DNA of 34,637 bases, taken from contig JBHJGN010000072.1 in assembly GCA_050331735.1 (NCBI GenBank), forward strand, positions 1 to 34,637, read 5' to 3'. The notes under the pieces are model-generated. The model worked only from the letters and a program-made list of their open reading frames with translations, was not told where the DNA came from and ran no database searches. The position numbers and the translations under genes were made by a program. The DNA is from Cyanophyceae cyanobacterium (lineage in GTDB: Bacteria; Cyanobacteriota; Cyanobacteriia; Cyanobacteriales; JBHJGN01). Positions 18,550 through 26,138 of this stretch are shown piece after piece; position 1 is the first letter of the stretch; the number at the start of each line of letters is the position of its first letter.

Positions 18550-18903
18550 TTACAGGTAGAGACGGACTCTAGCCAACAAATCTTTGAAGCGGAACGGCTT
18601 CATGATGTAGTCCTTCACGCCATTGCGAAAAACGCTGAGCTGTTCCTGCACGATATCTCGGGCCGTGACCACAATCGTCGGCAGATGAATTTGCTCTTCT
18701 TCTAATTCGGCTAGAACCAACCATCCATCCTTGAGCGGTAGACCCAGGTCGAGCAGCAGCAGATCAAACTCACCGCTCTGGGCCATCTGCACAGCCTGCT
18801 CGCCGTCCGCAGCGATCGCTGTTTCGTAGCCGTCTCTGCGAAGACCTTTCTCCATAAAGGCAGCCAGACGAGCTTCATCTTCGGCGATGAGGATGCGGGT
18901 CAT
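18550..18903 (-). CDS. Single-domain response regulator (receiver only)
   Basis: ILIAEDE, LLLLDLGLP, VVTA and KPF; ends directly after the last receiver helix. Confidence 0.88.
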   Translation of the reverse strand: MTRILIAEDEARLAAFMEKGLRRDGYETAIAADGEQAVQMAQSGEFDLLLLDLGLPLKDGWLVLAELEEEQIHLPTIVVTARDIVQEQLSVFRNGVKDYIMKPFRFKDLLARVRLYL

Positions 18904-18996
18904 GATATTCTGCAAAAGACAAGCTTAGGGTGTTCTTAAATAATACCGCTTGACCCTCTTTTATCCACTATCTCTAACGGTAACAAAGCAATGTTC

Positions 18997-19665
18997 TCAG
19001 GTTCGCAATCGGTAGCCAATGCCCCTCACTGTTTCAATAATCTTGCTGCCGAGCTTTTTACGCAGATAGCCAATATAAACATCGACAATATTTGAGCCAG
19101 AGGCAAAATCGTAGCCCCACACGCGGTCGAGAAGCTGTTCTCGGCTCATTACCTGCCCAGGATGGCGTAAAAAAGCTTCTAAAAGATTGAACTCCCGCGT
19201 TGGTAGCTCAACTTCCCGCTCATTCAAATAGACTCGACGCGTCCGCAGATTGAGCAGTAAGTTGCCAGCGCGTAGCTCTATTTCTTCCCGTACGCTAGTC
19301 GGCTGAGGGGAGCGCAGGCGCAAGCGTATCCGCGCCAACAGCTCCTCGAAGCGGAAAGGTTTTGTGACGTAATCATCCGCTCCTCCTTCTAAACCCGCGA
19401 GCTTGTCGTTGATATCGTCGCGAGCCGTCAGAATAATGACCGGCATCTGAACGCCCTGACCGCGCATTTCCTCCAGTACCGCCAAGCCATCCTTACCCGG
19501 AAGACCCAGATCGAGCAGCATCAGGTCAAAGGAATCCTCTAGAGCGATCGCCAATGCTTGGCTAGCATCAGCAGCAACGCCAGTATCAAACCCATTTGCC
19601 CGCAGCCCTTTCTCCAAAAAAGCCGTAATTCGAGGCTCATCTTCAGCAATTAAAATTCGTCTCAT
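18997..19665 (-). CDS. OmpR-family response regulator
   Basis: Receiver (AEDE, LDLGLP, GADDYVTKPF) plus winged helix (REF.LL, SNIVDVYIGYLRKKL, IETVRGIGY). Confidence 0.96.
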   Translation of the reverse strand: MRRILIAEDEPRITAFLEKGLRANGFDTGVAADASQALAIALEDSFDLMLLDLGLPGKDGLAVLEEMRGQGVQMPVIILTARDDINDKLAGLEGGADDYVTKPFRFEELLARIRLRLRSPQPTSVREEIELRAGNLLLNLRTRRVYLNEREVELPTREFNLLEAFLRHPGQVMSREQLLDRVWGYDFASGSNIVDVYIGYLRKKLGSKIIETVRGIGYRLRT

Positions 19666-19695
19666 CTTTGATCACTGTTAATAGTTAATTGCCCA

Positions 19696-21138
19696 TTACC
19701 CGTTGTTTACTGGTAGAGGCAGAATCAACGTAAACGTCGAGCCAACTCCGGGTTGGGAATACAGCTTCATCCGACCGCCGTGGGCCTGGGCGATCGCCTC
19801 CACGATAGACAGGCCCAAGCCCGCGCCTTCAGAAGGGCGACGGCTATTGGCAGCGCGGGCAAACCGCTTAAAAATGTGCTGCTGGTCACTCAGCTTAATG
19901 CCGGTGCCGCTATCTTCTATCCAGAAGCGCACGTCTTTTCCCACGGCAGAACCAATGACGATCGCATCCGTTTCGGTGGTGTGCTGGGTAGCGTTTTCGG
20001 CGAGATTCATCACCGCCTGGGTAATGCGCTGGCGATCGACCACGATTGTTCCTGTGCCCTTGTTGACCAACTGCCAGCGACGAGGCGCGATCGCTCTCGC
20101 TTTGGCATACAGTTCTTCGGTCAGCGTCTCGACGGCGACCGTCTCTAAATAAAGGAAATTAGTTTGTTCTGCCTTCGCTAACAGAATCAGATCGTCGACA
20201 AAGCGGCTCATGCGGTCCAGCTCATCTAGCACCAGGTCAACCGTTTTCTGTTGTTCTTCGGGATCGCCGTCGAGGAGTTCTAAATGTCCGCGAATGATGG
20301 TGATGGGCGTTCTCAACTCATGCCCCGCATCATTGACAAAGTTCCGCTGTTCCTCAAACGCCGCCTGCAACCGCTCCATCATGCTGTTGAAGGTGCTGGC
20401 TAGTTCTGCCATCTCTCCCTGTCCCTGGACGACAATCCGCTGCGTCAACTCCTTTTCACTAATGCGGCGAATCGTTTGTAACAGAGTGCGCAGCGGCAAC
20501 AAGACATTTTTGGAGGCGAACCAAGCCATCAAGACAGCGATCGCCACCACGACCAGCAAGATAGCAACAACGGCATTCAGCGATGCCTGTACCTCTTGCA
20601 GCTCTCCTGCCGTCGCGTGTACTGCCACCATCGCGCCCTGCTGTCCGCCGATCACCACGGGTTCGGCGATGTAGATTAGCCTGCCGATGTTTGCGTTGCC
20701 CGTCTCCCACTCACCCCGCTCAGTTGTTGAGAGCTGGCTCCAGCGCTCCAGCAATTCTCTATTTTGAATGTCTCCCGACAGTCTGACACTGGAGCGATAC
20801 AGACGACGCTCGACAAAAGTAATTAAAACGTTATCGTCTTCCGTAACTCGGGAAGATAGAAAGCTATCGAACAACTGTTCAATATCGTCCTCAGCGGCAT
20901 TCTCTTGGGCAAAGTTTGTAAACGCCTCGATTTCATCGCTAAGATTCTCCCTCACTCTTTGGTTAACCTGCCAAGTTACTACCTGATAGATCAGCGGAAT
21001 TGACAGCACGACGAAAAAGGTGAGGAGCGCAACGTACCAGACAAAAATGCGGTTGCGAGCTTCCCAAAAAAGATGGTGTTTCCCAACGGCGATCACGTTC
21101 AAACGCCCGGCTGAACTTCCTCTTGCCTCTGACATCAT
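19696..21138 (-). CDS. Membrane sensor histidine kinase (2 TM, HAMP, HisKA, HATPase)
   Basis: AGHELRTPIT H-box, NLAENA N-box, DSGTGI and GAGLGLSI. The ATG at 21138/21135 is preferred to the ORF-track start at 21258. Confidence 0.94.
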   Translation of the reverse strand: MMSEARGSSAGRLNVIAVGKHHLFWEARNRIFVWYVALLTFFVVLSIPLIYQVVTWQVNQRVRENLSDEIEAFTNFAQENAAEDDIEQLFDSFLSSRVTEDDNVLITFVERRLYRSSVRLSGDIQNRELLERWSQLSTTERGEWETGNANIGRLIYIAEPVVIGGQQGAMVAVHATAGELQEVQASLNAVVAILLVVVAIAVLMAWFASKNVLLPLRTLLQTIRRISEKELTQRIVVQGQGEMAELASTFNSMMERLQAAFEEQRNFVNDAGHELRTPITIIRGHLELLDGDPEEQQKTVDLVLDELDRMSRFVDDLILLAKAEQTNFLYLETVAVETLTEELYAKARAIAPRRWQLVNKGTGTIVVDRQRITQAVMNLAENATQHTTETDAIVIGSAVGKDVRFWIEDSGTGIKLSDQQHIFKRFARAANSRRPSEGAGLGLSIVEAIAQAHGGRMKLYSQPGVGSTFTLILPLPVNNG

Positions 21139-21290
21139 TTTTTGTATCTTTGGCTTTTGGCTAGGAGTCGTCGAATTGACTGGCAATCGTACAAAATGGC
21201 GAGCTTTGTTTTTACATTTTAAGTTTAAAAAATGAAAAACTTGATGAAATAGAGACAATTTTGTTCCTCGCTTACCCTCAAGCGGCGGCG

Positions 21291-21389
21291 CTATAGCGAT
21301 TCCTAAACGCAGTACCTGGAAAATGTTCTAGGTGCTGCGTTTGGCAAGCTAAAGTAGGCAGCATGACCTTTAGCAATCTTGATCTATAG
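21291..21389. mobile_element. Possible degenerate MITE-like relic with internal 16-bp hairpin
   Basis: Left end CTATAGCGATTCCTAAA and right end TTTAGCAATCttgatCTATAG form an imperfect inverted repeat; stem 21305-21320/21327-21342. Confidence 0.4.
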
Positions 21390-22184
21390 CTAGCTGACTG
21401 TTCGCTGCATCAGCCACTGCGTTAAGCCCGGAGCCAAACGATAAGCGGCAGTAGGAACCACCGCAGAGCCGACAACGATCTCGCCTTTAGGATGCTCGAC
21501 GACCTCTAAAATTGCCTTGGCAACGTCCTCAGGCTGACTAGCGATTGGGGAAGTAAGCAGTTCGCTCATCTGCTGGCGCTGCTGAGAAGCGTTGTTGCCT
21601 CTAAAAATAGTGCGCTCCAAAAAGTCTGAATTGGTCACGCTTGGATGAACCGCGCAGACATGAATGCCTGCTGGCTCTAATTCAATGCGCAGTGTTTCGG
21701 TTAATCCTGTAACGGCAAACTTGCTCGTACAGTACGCTGTCATTTTCGGTAACGGCACTTTGCCACCAAAAGACCCGACGTTAACAATCGTTCCAGCCTT
21801 TCGCTGCAAAAACTGCGGCAGCAGGGCGTGAATTGTATAAATATATCCCCAGAGATTGACGTCAATCACCCGTCGCCAATCTTCTAGAGTCGTTTGGGCC
21901 ATCTCACCATTCATGCAGATCCCGGCATTATTGACTAAAACATCGATATGACCGTAGGTATCAAGGGCCTTCTCGACTAGCGTAGTTACCTGTTCTGCCT
22001 GACTCACATCTGTTGGCACAGCTAGCACGCCTTGCCCGCCAGCGCGAATGCTGTCAGCAACTGCGTATAGGGGATCGGGATTGCGAGCCGCTAGCACCAC
22101 GTTGTCGCCCCGTTCAGCAAAAAGTTGAGCCGTTGCTTTGCCAATGCCTTGAGATGCTCCGGTAATGAGGACAGTAGAAGCCAT
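21390..22184 (-). CDS. Short-chain dehydrogenase/reductase
   Basis: TGASQGIG, LVNNAG, NVGS and YCTSK (YxxxK). Confidence 0.95.
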   Translation of the reverse strand: MASTVLITGASQGIGKATAQLFAERGDNVVLAARNPDPLYAVADSIRAGGQGVLAVPTDVSQAEQVTTLVEKALDTYGHIDVLVNNAGICMNGEMAQTTLEDWRRVIDVNLWGYIYTIHALLPQFLQRKAGTIVNVGSFGGKVPLPKMTAYCTSKFAVTGLTETLRIELEPAGIHVCAVHPSVTNSDFLERTIFRGNNASQQRQQMSELLTSPIASQPEDVAKAILEVVEHPKGEIVVGSAVVPTAAYRLAPGLTQWLMQRTVS

Positions 22185-22439
22185 AATTTACGAAGATAGT
22201 TTTCGGATTTTTACCTCAGCATAAAGAAAATATTAAGCTTTATTAATCCCTCTCCAGCGAGAAAATTTTGGATTACTGACCGCAGCGTGAGCGATCCCCG
22301 AGTTGGGGGGGGCGATCGCCGCCCCTAATGGCAGCAATAAGCTGTGCCATAGTAGCAGTTGACCAACGGTCACAGCCAAGCTCGATTATCGTTCGGATGG
22401 AGTAAGCTGTGACTTCACAGTTAATGGAGACTTTTCTCT

Positions 22440-22547
22440 ATGTCGCTGGCTCAAGTACTCAAGTGGACAGCCGTTTACCTGCTGCAATCAGCCATCACCT
22501 TCACCGTTGGCGTGTTTTTGATTCAGGCACTGAGTCGGCTACCGTAA
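22440..22547 (+). CDS. Putative 35-aa single-pass membrane peptide (below the ORF-track cutoff)
   Basis: ATG...TAA frame MSLAQVLKWTAVYLLQSAITFTVGVFLIQALSRLP with a 22-residue uncharged stretch; GGAG about 10 nt upstream. Confidence 0.5.
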   Translation: MSLAQVLKWTAVYLLQSAITFTVGVFLIQALSRLP

Positions 22548-22554
22548 AGATAAT

Positions 22555-22646
22555 GTCGCGCTCGCGACGGGGAAAGGGGAAAGAGTTCCTGCGGAACGGG
22601 GAAATAGTTCCTGTCGGAACGGGGAAAGGGGAAGGGGAAAGGGAGA
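22555..22646 (+). repeat. GGGGAAA repeat block with three mini-hairpins
   Basis: GTCGCG-CT-CGCGAC (22555), GTTCC-TGC-GGAAC (22585), GTTCC-TGTC-GGAAC (22607). Confidence 0.9.
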
Positions 22647-22759
22647 GTGAGTTGGGCTGATTTCTGTTCCAGAAAGGCAGGGGAAAGTAATTAGGACAAG
22701 CGCCTACCATATATGGGGTTTCTCCTCCGCTCCTTGCCCCCTGCCTTCTGCCTCCTCCT

Positions 22760-23680
22760 TTACTGGGTTTCTGTTGCTCTTTGCAGCTCGGAAATTTTGC
22801 GGAGGATGCTCTCGGCTTCGCTGTTTTCGGTTTCTTGATAGATGACTAATGCTTGCTGCCAAGCTTCTAGGGCTTGTGGATACTGCTGGCGGGTTTGGTA
22901 AACAGTACCGAGATGGCTGAGGGTGGCGGCTTCGCCAAGGCGATCGCCGATGGCTTGGCGGATGAGGAGGGCTTGGTTAAAATACGTCAACGCCTGCTGA
23001 GCGTCTTCGAGGTCTTGGTACACCGTCCCAATTTGGTGCAGGGTCTTGCCAGTGAGGGAACGTTCCCCAACTTCTTGGAAAATGGGTAGAGCTTGGTTAA
23101 GATACGTTAGGGCTTGCTGATAGTCTTCAAGCTGTTGGTGTGCGGAGCCGATATTAGTAAACGTCACGGCAATAAGGACCGGTTCCTGAAGTTCCTGAAA
23201 CGTCTGTAAAGCCTCAGTGAAAAAACTGAGCGCCTTTTGGGGCTGTTGGTTATCTAGGTACGCTAACCCCACTTGATTTTGGGTAGAGGCTACTAGCGAT
23301 CGTTCTTTGAGTTCTTGAAAAATTGCGAGTGCCTGTTGAGAAGACTCTAGCGCTTTCTGCGGTTCCTGAATCTCTCGATAGATAGTGCCAATATAGTTGA
23401 GAGTAACAGCTTCTAGTAAGCGATTTCCTTGCTGTCTGAAGAGCGGGAGAGCTTGATTGAAATACTCTAGTGCTTTGTGCGGTTCTCCAATCACCTGATA
23501 GGCTAAACCGATATGATTGAGAGTGGCGGCTTCTGGTGTTTCTTGAGACATCAACATCGGTTTTTGGTCTAGTTGTCCCCAAACCGATGAAGCTCCCAAA
23601 ATAACTGCCAGAGGGGCCAAAGAAAGGCCAGCAGCGAGTCTTGCTAAGCAGTCGAGCAATCTATTCATCGGGCACTCCAT
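22760..23680 (-). CDS. Secreted tetratricopeptide-repeat protein
   Basis: Signal-like N-terminus followed by six ~40-aa repeats (A.TLN.IG..Y......Q.AL....QAL). Confidence 0.88.
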   Translation of the reverse strand: MECPMNRLLDCLARLAAGLSLAPLAVILGASSVWGQLDQKPMLMSQETPEAATLNHIGLAYQVIGEPHKALEYFNQALPLFRQQGNRLLEAVTLNYIGTIYREIQEPQKALESSQQALAIFQELKERSLVASTQNQVGLAYLDNQQPQKALSFFTEALQTFQELQEPVLIAVTFTNIGSAHQQLEDYQQALTYLNQALPIFQEVGERSLTGKTLHQIGTVYQDLEDAQQALTYFNQALLIRQAIGDRLGEAATLSHLGTVYQTRQQYPQALEAWQQALVIYQETENSEAESILRKISELQRATETQ

Positions 23681-23761
23681 TGAATGTGAGATCGCCTCAT
23701 ATCCTAGCTTTTTGCCGTGGAGAGTGCCTTAAGCTGCGTCAGCAGCATTAATTAACTGAAC

Positions 23762-23791
23762 TTGCGGCAGGATAATTGCTTCCTGTATAGT
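23762..23791 (+). promoter_or_regulatory. Candidate sigma70-type promoter of the TA operon
   Basis: TTGCGG-N18-TATAGT, about 30 nt upstream of the antitoxin ATG. Confidence 0.4.
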
Positions 23792-23823
23792 AGGAAAAAG
23801 TAAAGCCACCATTTGGTCGTACT

Positions 23824-24048
23824 ATGTCCGCTCTTAAAATTTCTGTTTCTCTTCCTTCCGAATTAGTTCATTTTATTGAACAATACAAAGACAGCCAGGG
23901 ATATACATCTCGTTCTCAGGTAATTGAAAATGCTGTCAAGCTTTTACGAGAACAAGAACTAGAAAACGCTTACCGTGCTGCCAATCAGGAAGTCGATCCA
24001 GAGTGGGAGAATGTGATTGGGGATGGCTTAAGTGATGAAACGTGGTGA
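23824..24048 (+). CDS. Ribbon-helix-helix (CopG-like) antitoxin
   Basis: KISVSLP...SRSQVIENAVKLL with acidic tail W...IGDGL; overlaps the toxin start. Confidence 0.88.
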   Translation: MSALKISVSLPSELVHFIEQYKDSQGYTSRSQVIENAVKLLREQELENAYRAANQEVDPEWENVIGDGLSDETW

Positions 24049-24373
24049 AATTTATTACGCTGCTCTTAGTCCTACAGTGGGTTCAGAGACTGGAAAACGC
24101 CGTCCTGTATTGATTATTAGTAACAATATTAATAATCGTGTTGCCAGTACTGTAACGGTTCTGCCTATTACTTCTAACGTTAAACGTATCTATCCTTTTG
24201 AAGTTAAACTGACACCAAGCCAAAGCGGTTTACCACGGGCTTCTAAAGTACAGGCACAGCAGGTTAGAACCATTGCTAAAGAACGAATCAATACCCAAGT
24301 AGTAGGTTCCTTAGATGAAACTCTCATCAAATTAGTAGAGGCAGCCATCAGATTGCATTTAGCAATTGATTAA
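24035..24373 (+). CDS. mazF: PemK/MazF-family toxin (endoribonuclease)
   Basis: MKRGEIYYA.L.P..GSE..KRRPVLIISN, VLPITS, SGL...S and QVRTI.K.R. Confidence 0.93.
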   Translation: MKRGEIYYAALSPTVGSETGKRRPVLIISNNINNRVASTVTVLPITSNVKRIYPFEVKLTPSQSGLPRASKVQAQQVRTIAKERINTQVVGSLDETLIKLVEAAIRLHLAID

Positions 24374-24414
24374 GCTCAAAACAGGCGGTAGAAAGCAGAT
24401 TGCCTTTCTCCTTG

Positions 24415-24879
24415 CTACTCGGTTGTGCTCAACCACTGAAACAGCGCCTTATCTGGAGAAGCAATTTCTTCAACGGAGGTGTAGTAATAATTCTGCCAGC
24501 CTTGTTCTGGTAAGCCTGCAAATAGCATCAGATTGAGTGGGTACTCTTCGCTATCGCTACAGCGACGAAAATCATCTCGAAACAGAAAGATGGCCTTGTT
24601 GAGAGCGATCGCCATTCCCAATTCTACCATCACCCCTTCATCAGGCGGAGTCCCATTGACAACAGCAAAGATGCCGTCACAGTGTTTGACATCCCTTACG
24701 TCTGCTTGGGCAACGCGATAAGCCCATCCCGCCACCGAGAAATCGACCTGGTTATTGCGGGTAAACGGTTCCCAAACTTCCGCTCCCAAAGCTTCTAGCT
24801 CACCAATAATGGGAGGCAACAACAGCTCCTTTTGCTGCTCGGAAAATCCGTAAGGATTTGCTAAATAAATTTTCTTCAC
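24415..24879 (-). CDS. Nucleoside 2-deoxyribosyltransferase / nucleotide N-hydrolase family protein
   Basis: KIYLANP..FS, D...V..CD...A and D.GVMVELGMAIAL (catalytic Glu). Confidence 0.88.
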   Translation of the reverse strand: MKKIYLANPYGFSEQQKELLLPPIIGELEALGAEVWEPFTRNNQVDFSVAGWAYRVAQADVRDVKHCDGIFAVVNGTPPDEGVMVELGMAIALNKAIFLFRDDFRRCSDSEEYPLNLMLFAGLPEQGWQNYYYTSVEEIASPDKALFQWLSTTE

Positions 24880-25129
24880 TAGAATTCTTAGGAATCAAAA
24901 AGAGGCTAATCGGCTGATGATAGCAGTTTCTTAGCTTAACGCTCAGCGGTGGAAAACGCCTGAGCAAGTAATTTGGCTTTTAACAGAACACTAGCGATGC
25001 ACTCTCAACAACTGGGGACAAAACAAACAGCTTCGTTAATGATAAATGCATTAAGCCATCCATTTAATGTGATTTCTCTTTTAGAATGCTACATATGTCG
25101 AAAGAGCAAGGAAGCAGTTGGAGAAACAA

Positions 25130-25166
25130 AACCCTCTTTTACCCTTTCCCCCTTCCCCTTTTCCCC
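25130..25166 (-). repeat. TTTCCCC-type short tandem repeat
   Basis: ACCCTCTTTTACCCTTTCCCCCTTCCCCTTTTCCCC read directly from the sequence. Confidence 0.75.
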
Positions 25167-25209
25167 GCTCAATCATTTGTAGCTTTACTCTCTAAATCTC
25201 ATAGAAGCG

Positions 25210-25983
25210 ATGCAGCCTCTTTTCCGTTTATCTCAAGGACAGCTCAATTTACTGGAAAAATGTCCGCCGCTGTTTCAACAGGTTTATTTAGAGCAATTGC
25301 GCTCTCCAACAAATCCTCAGCAGCAGGACAAATTAGCCTGGGGAAAACAGTTTCATTTACTGATGCAGCAGTGGGAACTAGGTTTACCCATTGAGGCTTT
25401 ACTGCATGAGGACGAACAGCTAGAGCATTCGTTTACTGCACTCGTACAGGCCGCTCCTGAAATTTGGCAGCTACCGTCGGGAGCTTGGCGCGAAGCAGAA
25501 CACTGTCGTACGCTTAGTTTTCAGGGGTATTTGCTCACCACCATTTACGACCTTTTGATTGCCGGACCTTCCCAAGCACAGATTATCGACTGGAAAACTC
25601 ATTTGCAGCCGCAAAACCGCGCTAAGCTAGCGCAAGACTGGCAAACGCGGCTGTATCTCTACGTTTTGGCCGAAACTTCTGACTACTTGCCCGAACAAAT
25701 TTCGATGACGTACTGGTTTGTCAAACTCCCGACTCAACCGCAGCGACTAACGTTTACCTACAGTAGCGGTCAGCACGAAGCAACTAGGCAAGATTTAGCG
25801 ACCTTAGTGGCTCAGCTTGAGCAGTATCTTAAAAATCACCTCCAGGTCGGTCTTCCTTTTCCCCATACGGCTGACTGTGAAAATTGCCCTTATCGAGAGG
25901 CTTTACTGATATCCGAGGCGACTATGAGCCAGAAGACGACTGATTCTTGGCAAATTGCAGATATTGAAGAAGTATCGCTTTAA
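25210..25983 (+). CDS. PD-(D/E)XK nuclease, RecB/AddB/Cas4-like, standalone
   Basis: LS...L.....CP, G..FH, E, YDLL, IIDWKT, QTRLY and C-terminal CENCPY. Confidence 0.85.
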   Translation: MQPLFRLSQGQLNLLEKCPPLFQQVYLEQLRSPTNPQQQDKLAWGKQFHLLMQQWELGLPIEALLHEDEQLEHSFTALVQAAPEIWQLPSGAWREAEHCRTLSFQGYLLTTIYDLLIAGPSQAQIIDWKTHLQPQNRAKLAQDWQTRLYLYVLAETSDYLPEQISMTYWFVKLPTQPQRLTFTYSSGQHEATRQDLATLVAQLEQYLKNHLQVGLPFPHTADCENCPYREALLISEATMSQKTTDSWQIADIEEVSL

Positions 25984-26138
25984 AACAGACTAAGCGGCTT
26001 CATCGGCTGTAAAAATAAATAGCGGCGACTACGATTAGTCCTAATAGAAACAAGGGAACCCAGAGATCGAGCATAGTGTTTGAGGAATAGAAAGACTAAT
26101 CAATAGAATAAAAATAAAGGACTGCCGGAGGGCGAACC

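Noticed and set aside
22409..22710. ORF-track entries 22409-22660 and 22501-22710
   Set aside because: They run through repeat DNA; the 35-aa frame at 22440-22547 is the more protein-like reading.
25046..25064. TTAATG-N7-CATTAA as a Fur/Zur box
   Set aside because: The spacer is two bases longer than in the Fur box and the context is AT-rich.
25210..25983. CRISPR cas4 call
   Set aside because: No adjacent cas genes or array, 25 kb from the cas1 fragment, and the cysteine set is incomplete.
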